64,000 bases of DNA from Octopus vulgaris (GCA_951406725.2 OX597816.1:81406001-81470000); one strand, 5' to 3'; counted from the first letter of the stretch, positions 51,847 through 64,000 are shown. The notes: generated by a model from the sequence alone, not told the origin. A program made the numbers and translations.

Positions 51847-52204
51847 ATAAAATATTAGGGAATAAATCCAAACTTACAGGGAAAAATCAGATTTAGGACT
51901 GAATCCAATTTTATAGTAAAATATTATATTATATTAAATTAGTGATAAAACCACTATTAGGCAAATCATACAATGAAAAACTTAAGCCAATACATAAGAT
52001 TAATTAATTTATCACCTGAAGATTGACTGTAACTCGAATTTTTACGAATTGGACAGCTATGAAACGATCGTAGTGTTATACTCATTATCTTTTTTTAATA
52101 ATTATGATATATATTTAAAATAATATAAATTGATTAATCTTATGTATTGGCTTAAGTTTTTCATTGTATGATTTGCCTAATAGTGGTTTTATCTCTAATT
52201 TAAT

Positions 52205-52210
<6 letters not shown>
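51847..52210. mobile_element. (TA)n-flanked inverted-repeat element (Penelope pLTR-like) with a hammerhead
   Basis: About 85-bp arms 51927-52011 and 52126-52210; arm sequence also at 34361-34410 after (TA)n. Confidence 0.72.
52010..52078 (+). ncRNA. Type I hammerhead ribozyme, canonical core
   Basis: tatcac-CTGAAGA-ttgactgt..acagctat-GAAA-cgatcg-TA-gtgtta; palindromic stem III, GUA triplet; stem II imperfect. Confidence 0.62.
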
Positions 52211-52610
<400 letters not shown>

Positions 52611-52774
52611 TAATGAAGGGTGAAATTAATTAATTTGGAATAATTATCAATTACACCAAGTAGTCTTCGGCATGTAAAAGCCTCATTCGAGGAAAATTTA
52701 AGTAATACTAAGCAATGTTGCCAAACCCTTTATTGCTTAGTTTTACATATATATATATATATTTACATATATAC

Positions 52775-52847
<73 letters not shown>

Positions 52848-52994
52848 CATATATATATATTAACATATATATATATATATATATATTTACATATATATAT
52901 ATATATATATTTACATATATATATATATTTACATATATTTATATATATATATATTTATATATATATATATATATTTATTTATATATATATTTTT

Positions 52995-53440
52995 TCCTAG
53001 TTTCAGCTCAGAGCTGCGGCCATACTGATGCACCGCCGTCTTGTGCTACACTGTTATTACGACGAACCTCGTCTAATATGTGGCACTTGGTGAAGAATGG
53101 AGTTTGATATAGCTACTCTCATTTGCACCTCCTGCCGTGAGGTAGGTTCATCTGGGACTCTTGACAGGAAGATGTCCAGCTTTGATTTAAAAACCGCTAC
53201 ATCCACTTTGTGCAAGTTCCTCAGACTCTTTGAGAGAATATTAAAAAGCTGTGGGCCCTTGAAACCCAGGCTGTTGCAGAAGCTGGTCCTGAAGCGTGAT
53301 GTTATTGCTAGGATCTTTGGTACTATGCAGTGTCGTCCCGTTCTAGCATTGGTGTAGCTTACAATGCCAACATTTGGCACAATTCCTTCCAGGATCTTCC
53401 AGACATATTACTGCATACCTCTCCCGTCTTCTCTCCAGCC
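52995..53440 (-). mobile_element. CR1-like LINE 3' fragment
   Basis: NARTGRHC..SLGFKGPQLFN..FKSKLD..VPDEPT; homologous to 56880-57320. Confidence 0.85.
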
Positions 53441-53441
53441 T

Positions 53442-53534
<93 letters not shown>

Positions 53535-53554
53535 TATATATATATATATATTTA

Positions 53555-53593
<39 letters not shown>

Positions 53594-53649
53594 ATTATAT
53601 ATATATATATATTTATTTAATTAATTATATATAAATATATATATATTTA

Positions 53650-53723
<74 letters not shown>

Positions 53724-53728
53724 ATATA

Positions 53729-53791
<63 letters not shown>

Positions 53792-53954
53792 GTTATCGCC
53801 ATACTAATATGGCATTCTTATAAAAATAAGAATAAAGCTGTCCGCTTATTAGCTCCATGAGGCCATCGCCTTAAGTTAGCTATTTGATACACAAACTGTA
53901 TCCATATAACCTTTGAACAAGGGAGGTCAGTCGCTCCACACTACTTGGCCGGCA

Positions 53955-53996
53955 GCTACAGACGCGTTTCGGGGTATTGCCCCTTTTCAATGCAGC
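53955..53996 (-). ncRNA. Minimal type I hammerhead ribozyme, U3-A8 core variant
   Basis: gctgca-TTGAAAA-gggg caata cccc-GAAA-cgcg-TC-tgtagc on the minus strand. Confidence 0.75.
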
Positions 53997-54452
53997 GTAG
54001 CCATACCAGTAGGTGTCGCTTCTGACGATCTCTGTTCAAAGGTTTTATTTACCTAGCTTCGGTGGAATACATCCACTTGTTTTCAATAATAGAAATATTA
54101 AAATTACTAAAAAGGGGCAATACCCCGAAACGCGTCTGTAGCTGCCGGCCAAGTAGTGTGGAGCGACTGACCTCCCTTGTTCAAAGGTTATATGGATACA
54201 GTTTGTGTATCAAATAGCCAACTTAAGGCGATGGCCTCATGGAGCTAATAAGCGGACAGCTTTATTCTAATTTTTATAAGAATGCCATATTAGTATGGCG
54301 ATAACTATTATTTTCCGGGAACGCTGCCGTTGTTCTCTTTTAGAGAGACTTAGTAATTTTAATATTTCTATTATTGAAAACAAGTGGATGTATTCCACCG
54401 AAGCTAGGTAAATAAAACCTTTGAACAGAGATCGTCAGAAGCGACACCTACT

Positions 54453-56267
54453 GTGTTAGCAGAAAGGTTGAAGGTCGTCATGGAAAAACTTGTCGGAAAG
54501 GCACAGACATGTGCAATCCCAGGCAGGTCGATCGAAGATAATCTTCACCTTCTACGCTACACTATAGACAGGGTTGGGCAATTAGCCGGCAAAGGAGGGG
54601 CATTGGTCCATTTAGACCAAAGTAAAGCATTTGATAGGGTAGATCATCAGTACCTGGCGACGGTTCTCGAAGCGGCTGGGCTAGGTCCTGACTTTCGCGG
54701 GTGGATATCAGCTATGTACAGCGGTATCAAGTCCACAGTCCAGATAAACGGTTACTTAACGGAACCGTTTTCGATTAAGCGTTCAGTTCGTCAAGGATGT
54801 CCCTTGTCCCCTCTCCTGTACGTTTTGGCTCTTGAGCCATTGCTGCGGAAGTTGGAGACGGTGAGATGCAATCCTAATGAAATCGGATGCGGTAAGTCTG
54901 TTTCTGCGTATGCGGATGACGTCACCTTCATCGTGTCCAACGAAGCACAACTAACTCGTGTAGAAGGTGCTCTCCGAAGATACGAAGCGGTGGCTGGGGC
55001 AAAAGTTAACAAGGACAAGTCCACTGGTTTGCGCCTCGGCACCTGGAGGAACAAGCCGATATCGTCCAGTGTTGTTGGACACTGGACAGATGGTCCTGTT
55101 AAATTGCTTGGAGTTTGGTTTGGTTCAGACTCCCAGACGGAGAAAAATTGGAGCGAGGTAGTGACCAAGGTAGAAGCCATAGTTCGGGAGTGGTCCGGAA
55201 GGCATCTTTCCTTGAAAGGGAGGGCGGAGGTGGTACAGGTGTTTATAGCATCTGTAATCACCTATCGCCTGACTGTCGTGCCTTGCCCCGATTTGTGGCT
55301 AAGCAAGTTGGATCGACTCCTTTTCCGCTTTTTGTGGAAGGGAAGAAAGCCACTTGTAAGGCGCTCCGTGTGTTGCCAGGAACCACTAAAGGGTGGGCTG
55401 GGGATGCCTTGGTTAATGATGCGCAGGCATGCGCTGAGACTGAGACATCTCTGGTTTCACCTGGAAGGTGATAAGGTGTGGAGTCCGCTGGCAGATAATT
55501 TCTTCCCGCAACCGGACTCTATGGAGAGATTTAAACCCGGTTTCATTAAAAGACGGAACCTGACTTTATGGCAGAAAGAGTGCCGACAGGCACTCTGGCT
55601 GATCCACAAGATAGGCAAAGCCGGCTGCGGGAATACCACCTCGACATTTTATAGAAGGATGGTAGAGGCAAAAAATGACGACGTCCTAAGAGGGGCTCTG
55701 GGGTTCGATGAGGATCAACTATCCGACCTGTTTAAGAAGACTTTCAAGCCGGGGTATTTGGACAATTACCAAAAATCCCTGACTTGGCAGTGCTATAGGA
55801 ATGCTCTACCTGTTCGCGATAAGTTATATAGGCATGGAATGTCAGTGCCACCGACATGTCCAAGATGTGGGTTGGACGATGAAACCGTCCAGCACGCTTT
55901 TGTACATTGTCAGGAGCTGTCAGGCTTAATAAGTTACGTAGAACACGTGTTGTCGCATCTGGGACGAGTACAGCTATCGGCTGGTTCTATAATAAAGATG
56001 ATACCGCCAGCTGGACTCTCAAAGGAAGGTGAGGCTTGTTTTCACTGTACGGTGGCAGTACTGAAAGAGTGTGTGTGGAGAACTAGATTGGAAGGTTTGG
56101 TGTCAGGAACCTTTGTCTCTGGATATGGTATGTTAAAATACTTCAGATACCATCTAAAGAGCAAGATGGATTTAGAGAAGAGGAACCTGACACAGAAAAA
56201 GTATGTGAATCGATGGAAGGATGTGATAAAAAAGGTGGGTGTGAGTAACCCTGCTTGGTCATCATGA
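54453..56267 (+). CDS. Tx1/L1-type ORF2 (RT plus C-terminal zinc finger), N-terminally truncated
   Basis: LDQSKAFDRV, VRQGCPLSPLLY, AYADDVT, GGLGMP, CPRC..DETVQHAFVHC; 604 codons without a stop, but no endonuclease domain and no true start. Confidence 0.85.
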   Translation: MLAERLKVVMEKLVGKAQTCAIPGRSIEDNLHLLRYTIDRVGQLAGKGGALVHLDQSKAFDRVDHQYLATVLEAAGLGPDFRGWISAMYSGIKSTVQINGYLTEPFSIKRSVRQGCPLSPLLYVLALEPLLRKLETVRCNPNEIGCGKSVSAYADDVTFIVSNEAQLTRVEGALRRYEAVAGAKVNKDKSTGLRLGTWRNKPISSSVVGHWTDGPVKLLGVWFGSDSQTEKNWSEVVTKVEAIVREWSGRHLSLKGRAEVVQVFIASVITYRLTVVPCPDLWLSKLDRLLFRFLWKGRKPLVRRSVCCQEPLKGGLGMPWLMMRRHALRLRHLWFHLEGDKVWSPLADNFFPQPDSMERFKPGFIKRRNLTLWQKECRQALWLIHKIGKAGCGNTTSTFYRRMVEAKNDDVLRGALGFDEDQLSDLFKKTFKPGYLDNYQKSLTWQCYRNALPVRDKLYRHGMSVPPTCPRCGLDDETVQHAFVHCQELSGLISYVEHVLSHLGRVQLSAGSIIKMIPPAGLSKEGEACFHCTVAVLKECVWRTRLEGLVSGTFVSGYGMLKYFRYHLKSKMDLEKRNLTQKKYVNRWKDVIKKVGVSNPAWSS

Positions 56268-56502
56268 AGGGAGAAAATAGTCTCTGGGCTCTTAGGCTGT
56301 CGGGTAAGAATCCTGACTGTGATATACCTAGCTGGCCAAAATCATTTTTAATTTAAAAAAAAAGGAGAAAAGTAAAGTCTAGTATCATAATCAATAATCA
56401 ACATATGTAAATATCAAACGAACAACGTAAACTTTTTGTAATTATGTTTTGTATTGTAATGTACTATCTCTGTAAGATTTTTATAATCATAATAAAGATT
56501 TA
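54454..56502 (+). mobile_element. Young 5'-truncated Tx1-clade LINE with a 17-bp TSD
   Basis: AGAAGCGACACCTACTG at 54437-54453 and 56503-56519; AATAAA at the 3' end; uninterrupted ORF. Confidence 0.92.
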
Positions 56503-56529
56503 AGAAGCGACACCTACTGGTCTGGCTAC

Positions 56530-56571
56530 GCTGCATTGAAAAGGGGCAATACCCCGAAACGCGTCTGTAGC
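56530..56571 (+). ncRNA. Minimal type I hammerhead ribozyme, U3-A8 core variant (predicted cleavage after 56565)
   Basis: gctgca-TTGAAAA-gggg caata cccc-GAAA-cgcg-TC-tgtagc; 6-bp stem I with one GU pair. Confidence 0.78.
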
Positions 56572-56854
56572 TGCCGGCCAAGTAGTGTGGAGCGACTGAC
56601 CTCCCTTGTTCAAAGGTTATATGGATACAGTTTGTGTATCAAATAGCTAACTTAAGGCGATGGCCTCATGGAGCTAATAAGCGGACAGCTTTATTCTTAT
56701 TTTTATAAGAATGCCATATTAGTATGGCGATAACTATTATTTTCCGGGAACGCTGCCGTTGTTCTCTTTTAGAGAGACTTAGTAATTTTAATATTTCTAT
56801 TATATATATATATATTTATATATATATTTATTTATATATATATATACATATATA

Positions 56855-57958
56855 TGATTGATTGATTGATTGATTGATTCTAGTTTCAGCTCATGAGCTG
56901 TGGCCATGTTGGGGCACCGCCATTTGGTGTTGCTACATGGTTTTACTTCACGAAAGCTTTTTAGCAACTGCCATTTGGTGCATGAGAGAGTTCGATGCAG
57001 CTGCCCTCATCTGCACCTCCTGCCGTGAAGTTGGTTCATCTGGGATACCTGACAGGAAGAGATCCAGTTTCATTTTAAAGACATATGCATCCACCCCATG
57101 CAGGTCTCTTAGGTTCTTCGGGAGGATATTGAAGAGCTGTGGGCCTCGGAAGCCCAGGCTATCACAGTATCTTGTCCTACATCTTGATCGCAAATTTGGA
57201 GTCCTAGGCACCACGCAGTGGCGCCCAGTTCTGGCATTTGTGTAACTCTCGATGCCAAAGTTTGGGACAAGTCCCTCCAGGATCTTCCAGATGTATATTA
57301 TGGCATATCTTTCCCGCCTACGCTACAAGGAATATAGTTTTAATCTCTTGAGTCTTTCCCAGTAGCTTATATTCTGCATAGAGGCTATCTTCTTCGTGTA
57401 GCTACGTTGGATCGCCTCAAGTTCTGTGATCAACTTGACACTGGATGGTGACCATAACTGAGAGCAATAGTCAAAGTGGCTTAGGATAAGTGTCCTCCAG
57501 AGGACCATCATGGTTTTTTGTTCTCTTGTTCTAAAGGTTCTGAGAATCCATCCGGCCAGTCGTCTACATTTCATTGCCAATTTAGCAACATGTACACGAA
57601 AGGTACCTCTCAGGTAGAACCTACACACCCGTGTGCGCTGTTTGTTTCCATCCTTTTTGGTATATGGATAGTCAGTTTTACTTCTATTCTTGGCTGTTTC
57701 ATTTTTTGGTTTTGTTTGAGTTTCTCTTTTAGTTTTTCCTCCTTTTATTTCTTCTTTAGGTTCTTCATCTCCATGGCTTTTGGTGCTGGTAGGAGCACTT
57801 GCACTTGGGTTTACTTCCCGGGCAGGTTTCTCACTTGAAACCTCTTCCCGGGTGTCTACTAGGTGGGGGTGACTTCTTTCATCAGCACCCATGTCTCCAT
57901 CCTTGCCATCTTTACTTTGTTCATTCTCAAAGATGGCATCAAGCGTGCCAATGTGAGA

Positions 57959-57960
<2 letters not shown>
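56855..57960 (-). mobile_element. CR1-like LINE: 3' end with (AATC)n tail joined to an ORF1-like fragment
   Basis: ILRTFRTR..SHFDYCSQLWSP..LKLYSL; upstream K/E-rich segment ending RVCRFYLRGT (CCCH-finger start). Confidence 0.82.
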
Positions 57961-58021
<61 letters not shown>

Positions 58022-58186
58022 TATATATATATAAATAAATAAATAAATATAAATATATATGTATATATATAAATAAATAAATAAATATATATATATGTAT
58101 ATATATATATAAATAAATATATATATATATATATAAATAAATAAATATATATATATCAATAAATAAATATATATATATATCAATAA

Positions 58187-58235
<49 letters not shown>

Positions 58236-58241
<6 letters not shown>

Positions 58242-59400
58242 GATAGGGCCACTCCTTGAAAAGGATGGCACACTCACAGGAAAACCAATGAGGGTAAGTG
58301 AAATACTGAATGAGCAATTCAAGAGTGTTTTCACTCCACCCCTTGGGCATTTCCAAATCACCAATCCAACTGACTTCTTTACCACTGCAGATATAAAATC
58401 AGAGGCGGCGACGATAGATTACATCGATATAAAGGAAGACGATGTAATAAAGGCTATAGATGAAATGAAAACAGACTCAGCTACTGGCCCCGATGGATTC
58501 CCGGCAATCCTCCTAAAAGTATGTAAGAGAGTCCTAGCAAGACCACTGCAGTTCCTCTTTCAGAGCTTCCTTGCAGCTGGCAAACTTCCAAGAAAACTGA
58601 AGGAAGGTAAAATATGCCCTATTCATAAAGGAGGTAGCAGAGCGGAGGCCAAGAACTACAGACTTATATCTCTGACCTCACACATCAGCAAGGTCATGAA
58701 ACGAATAGTCAGAAGGAAACTGATCACCTTCCTTGAAGAAAATGACTTGCTGCCTGACACCCAACATGGTTTCCGACCAGGAAGAAGCTGCTTAACTCAG
58801 CTCCTACAACACTATGACTGGGTGCTGAAACGACTGCTCAACCACTCAAATGTGGAAGTGATATATCTCGACTTTGCAAAGGCCTTTGATTAAGTCGATC
58901 ATGGAATGATATGTCACAAACTGCGTGATCTCAGCATAGTTGGAAAACTGGGAGAATGGCTTCATGACTTTCTGAAAGATAGAAGTCAGGTGGTAGTAGC
59001 CAATTAACACGCAAATAGTGAGCGGTGTTCCGCAGGGCACTGTTTTGGGACCACTACTGTTCATAATGGCCCTCTCAGATATGCCCTCAGCCACGCAGAG
59101 AGCCACGATCACAAGTTATGCAGATGATACAAAAGTTTCACAGGCAATACAGAACCCTGAGGACACTAAACGCCTGCAATGTGAGCTGGACAAAATATAC
59201 AAGTGGGCTGAAAAGAATAGCATGCAGTTCAATGCTGAAAAGTTTCAGACGATTGCAGCTGCATCGAACTCTCTCATGCAGCAAATGGCAGTTGCTAAAA
59301 AGCATCCGTGAAGTAAAACCATGTAGCAACACCGAATGGCGGTGCCCCAGCATGGCCACAGCTCGTGAGCTGAAACTAGAATCAATCAATCAATCAATCA
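58236..59400 (+). mobile_element. CR1-like LINE RT fragment with an internal deletion, (AATC)n tail
   Basis: GPDGFPA, NYRLISLTS, QHGFRPGRSC, YLDFAKAFD, SGVPQGTVLGP, YADDTK; jumps from FNAEKFQ to the last about 150 nt. Confidence 0.88.
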
Positions 59401-59412
59401 ATATATATTTTT

Positions 59413-59487
<75 letters not shown>

Positions 59488-59536
59488 ATATGTATTTTTT
59501 TATTATTTATATATACATATATATTTTTTTTTTATT

Positions 59537-59618
<82 letters not shown>

Positions 59619-59724
59619 ATTATATATATATATATATAAATAAATATATATATATATATAAATAAAAAATATATATATATTATATATATAGATATATATA
59701 TCTTTATTTATATATATATATATC

Positions 59725-59816
<92 letters not shown>

Positions 59817-59817
59817 C

Positions 59818-60133
59818 TGACTTACCTAGAAAATATGAAGGTGGACCTAAGCCAGGAGATCCAACGAGCTATCATCAACCATTTATGCAAATCACAAGGA
59901 CCACACACCCACTACCAACAAGAAAATCATACACACACAGCTCTATACAAGAACTACCCACATTGTTACCACTGAACAACCTAAAACATAACTCAGAACA
60001 ATGCAAACATCAAACTTCCCTTACCTCGACATTCCTGTTAAATGTACGTGGCATCAACCTATCAATTATTGCCCAAAAATGGAAGATCCCATATATAGAG
60101 AGTTGGCTTGCCGAAACGGCACATTGCTTCCCT

Positions 60134-60135
<2 letters not shown>
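59818..60135 (+). mobile_element. Probable LINE ORF1/ORF2-start fragment between TA tracts
   Basis: [16 protein letters not shown] resembles an APE endonuclease N-terminus. Confidence 0.4.
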
Positions 60136-60172
<37 letters not shown>

Positions 60173-60176
<4 letters not shown>

Positions 60177-60235
60177 TGATTGATTGATTGATTCCAGTTC
60201 CAGCCTGTGAGCTGTGGCCATGCTGGGGCACCGCC
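60173..60235 (-). mobile_element. About 60-bp CR1-like 3' terminus with (AATC)n tail
   Basis: Matches 56855-56922 and (reverse) 59338-59400. Confidence 0.75.
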
Positions 60236-60319
60236 ATATATGTATATGGATTTCGTAGACAGGAACTGAAACAAATTGATCGTATATATATGTATGTATA
60301 TATGTAAGTGTATGTGTTT

Positions 60320-63031
60320 TGCTATTGGCAATATGAATGACAATGGCCAGAGACTACTTGAATTTTGCACATACCATAACCTGTGCATCACTAACACATT
60401 ATTTGCCAACAAGACATCCCACAAGGCATCTTGGAGACATCCAAGATCTCACCACTGTCAGCTGGATCTCATCATTATACGAAGACCCTTTCTGAATTCT
60501 TTTCAACTGACTCGTAGTTACCACAGCGCGGATTGTGACACAGATCATTCACTAATAAGAAGCAGGGTGAGGATTCTGCCTAAAAAGTTCATCACTCCAA
60601 GAAAATGGGCCAACCACGCATTAACACTGCCAGAACCTCCGACCCTACACTGCGACAATGTTTTGCTGTTTCTATCAAAGTTGCCCTCAGTAGCTGCCCA
60701 ACCACCTCTGCAGAAGGTAGGTGGAATTATATCGGGAAAGCTTTGTATACCACATCAATAGATACTTTCGGCATGAGAGAAAGGCAAAACCCAGATTTTG
60801 TTCAGTGCTGGGCTCTCAAAGCTGGAAACAGTTATCGAAGCAAAGCGTGCATCTCTGATGTAATACAAGAGTGATTCTTCTATAAAGTCACTCGAAGAAC
60901 TCAGAAAGGCAAGAAATAAAACCCAACTGACTGCCAGACGCTGTGCAAATAGGTATTGGCAGGAAATCTGTCAGAATATCCAATCAGCTGCTGACAGTGG
61001 CAACACCCGTGGGATGTATGCCGGTTTGAAGAAGGCTCTCGGTCCATCCGCAACTAAGTCAGCCCCTCTGAAATCAACTACTGGGGATCTCATCAAGGAC
61101 CAAAGCAAGCAAATGGATAGATGAGTGGAGTACTACCAGGATCTCTACTCACGAGAGACCACGGTAGCTGAGGCTGCAATCGAGGGTGTCAAGATCTTGC
61201 CAGTCATGTGTGAACTTGACAGTCTGCCATCTATAGCAGAGCTCACCAAGGCTATTGACTCCCTAGCAAGTAACAAAGCTCCGGGAAAAGACGGCATCCC
61301 TTTAGAGATCATCAAAACCGGCAAAAACACCATCCTGCTTCGGCACATTCATGAGCTTCTGTGTCAGTGCTGGGAAGAGGGTACAGTCCCTCGGGATATG
61401 CGGGATGCTAACATCATTACGCTTTACAAAAACAAAGGTGACCGTGGTGATTGTAACAATTACCGTGGAATATCTCTTCTAAGCACTGTTGGAAAGGCCT
61501 CTGCTCGCATTATCCTGTCCAGGTTGCAACTGCTTGCTTCTCGAATTTATCCAGAATCACAGTGTGGCTTTAGAAGAAGCAGATAAACTATTGACATGAT
61601 ATTCTCCATACGCCAACTTCAGGAGAAGTCCAGAGAGCAGAAAATACCATTGGCCTTCATTGATCTGACAAAGGCCTTTGACTTGGTAAGTAGAAAAGGC
61701 CTCTTCATCCTGCTCCAAAAATCGGATGTCCACCAAAGCTGCTGAGGATCATCACATCTTTCCATGATGATATGCAAGGCACCATACAGCACAATGGTTC
61801 AACATCAGCCGCCTTCCAAATAAAAAATGGGGTAAAGCAAGGTTGCGTCCTTGCTCCTACATTATCTGGCATCTTCTTCTCGCTGCTGCTGTCACATGCA
61901 TTTGTAACATCAGATGATGGAGTGTTTCTGCACAGTAGAAGTGATGGGAAACTGTTCAATCTCTCGCGTCTGCGTGCCAAGACCAAAATCAGAAGCGTCC
62001 TGATCAAGGAGATGCTATTTGCTGATGATGCCGCTCTGGTATCACACTCAGAAGAAGGCTCATCAACTGTTTTGAGCAAGTATGTGACAACTTTGGCTTA
62101 TTTATCAGCCTCAAGTAGACCAACATCATAGGTCAGGCTACATCGACCATCCCAAACATACATATTGGAGACCACAGACTACAGGAGGTGGAGAAGTTTA
62201 CCTATCTTGGCTCTACTGTCACCTACAACCTATCCCTTGATACTGAGCTCAATATACGCATTGGCAAGGCAGCTGCTGTGATGGCCCAACTCTCCAAACG
62301 GGCATGGGACAACAATAAGCTGACCAAGACCACGAAAATGAAGATTTACCAGGCATGTGTACTTAGCACTCTACTGTATGGAAGTGAGACTTGGACGCCA
62401 TACACACGCCATACGACGCCATACGTCGCCTAAATATTTTTCACCAGCGCTGCCTTCGGAAAATCCTTCGCATCAAATGGCAGAATCATGTCCCCAACAA
62501 AGATGTCCTCAAGCAAGCAGGAATACCAAGCATGTTTACACTCCTCACACAAAGACGTATGAGATGGCTTCGACATGTTAGCCGTATGGAAGATGGCAGA
62601 ATCCCCAAGGACATACTCAACGGAGAGCTTGTTAGGGTCACTAGGTCTGTGGGAAGACCGTTCTTACGATACAAGGATGTTTACAAAAGGGACATGAATG
62701 CCTGCAACATCAATATTACCAACTGGGAAGCAGTTGCCATCAACCGTGGAGATTGGCGACGTACCGTAAAAAAAGGGAACACAAAGGAGTGACATAGAGG
62801 GAGAGGAGAAATGGAAAGACAAGAAAAGACGTCAACAAGAAAGTATGACATTACAACCAGCCAGGCAAAGTCTTCGCTACATTTGCGGCACCTGCCAGAG
62901 GGAGTGCTTGTCCAGGTTAGGACTACACAGCCACAGCAGGAGATGTATTAGGACATGAAATGTAAAAGCCGGACTAGATTATTTTATGCGCAACTCCATT
63001 GTCTCCCGAGACAAAAAGGATGCCACCAACA
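60320..63031 (+). mobile_element. RTE LINE (end of EN, RT, C-terminal zinc finger) with a ~71-75-bp TSD
   Basis: WRHPRSHH..LD..SADCDTDH, NYRGISLLS, GVKQGCVLAP, LFADDAAL, FTYLGS, RMRWLRHVSRM; flanks 60243-60317 and 63035-63105 duplicated. Confidence 0.92.
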
Positions 63032-63294
63032 ATATATATGGATTTCGTAGACAGGAACTGAAACAAATCAATCGTATATATATGTATATATGTAAGTGTA
63101 TGTGTCTGTCTTTGTGTCTGTTTCCCCCTCATCACTGCTTCACAACTACTGTTCATTTATTTACATCCACAAAACTTACTGGTTTCACAAAAACAAACTA
63201 ATAGAATAAGTACTAGGCTTATCAACATAAAAAAGCACTAGGCTGTGTCTCATATTTTTGTTTGTTCACTCAGTTGTATCTATCAATTTATCTT

Positions 63295-63409
<115 letters not shown>

Positions 63410-64000
63410 CACCCTAATGGGAGCCTTAACTCCCAAATTTTAGTCATTTCTTTTATGATCCAAAACTAGGTCAAAAGTACTGAATGGATCTTTATGAAAT
63501 TTGGAAATTATATTCTAAGCATAAGGGCCATAACCTCCATGACAATTCATATATTTTTGCTGTTGATGATATTTTAACCATAGATATTAGACAAAAATGA
63601 AGTAATATTTATAAAATTTCATCTTCTTACAAAGTTAGAAAGACCCCTCTATGGGGACTTAAAACCCACAATTTTGTCATTTTATCTAAGCAAAAACGAA
63701 TACAGTTGTGCTCTTGGAAGCTGTAGGGTTACCCAAGCATAAAAGTTGGGCATTATTTCTAATTCAATGGGACAACAGTGTAACAGTTTGCTTTGACATA
63801 CACTTACATTGGGATTTTTGCAATGTGGTGCATAAATTGTTAAGTAAATGAGAGGCATCTTTGTCTCCACTGATTCAGTTGCAAAGTGTTGAGTAAAGTT
63901 ATTTGATTGCAGACCTCCTTTCAGTCTTTTTATTATCACTCGGTCACACACAGTCCCCAGATGGTAACATTGATTACAAGGCCTTCCCAGATGAGTGACT

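Larger units (their letters stand above)
53787..56802. mobile_element. Hammerhead-bearing non-coding repeat: inverted partial copy (53787-54110) plus about 1.7 direct 363-nt units (54111-54453, 56503-56802), flanked by (TA)n
   Basis: Direct and reverse-complement self-identity; no ORF; interrupted by Tx1. Confidence 0.85.

Noticed and set aside
57323-58273. 316-aa minus-strand ORF
   Set aside because: Chimera of a translated TA repeat (YIYI), an ORF1-like fragment and a LINE C-terminus.
63682-63951. 89-aa minus-strand ORF at the window end
   Set aside because: No recognisable motif or splice context.

Overview
AT-rich, microsatellite- and transposon-dense animal genomic DNA. The SINE/LINE repertoire looks like a coleoid cephalopod (Octopus-like); this is an inference. 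The only host genes are a tandem, same-strand cluster of three divergent class A (rhodopsin-like) GPCR paralogues, each with a single coding exon, about 15 kb apart: 16770-17837 intact, 31117-32326 pseudogene, 46939-48018 intact. All three have Q at position 2.50 and I at 7.49 instead of the canonical D and N. The rest is mobile DNA: RTE, R4/Dong-like, CR1-like and Tx1-like LINEs, mariner, IR/DR Tc1, hAT (Buster-like), a MITE with an 8-bp TSD, Helitron/Helentron-like elements and tRNA-derived SINEs. The most notable unannotated signal is a set of short non-coding, (TA)n-flanked elements, mostly with inverted repeats, carrying minimal type I hammerhead ribozyme folds. Most have a non-canonical U3-A8 core (TTGAWAA instead of CTGANGA), with stem covariation between families. 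One forms a ~363-nt tandem retrozyme/Penelope-pLTR-like unit hit by a young Tx1 LINE with a 17-bp TSD. Coordinates were read by eye; boundaries of degraded elements are approximate.
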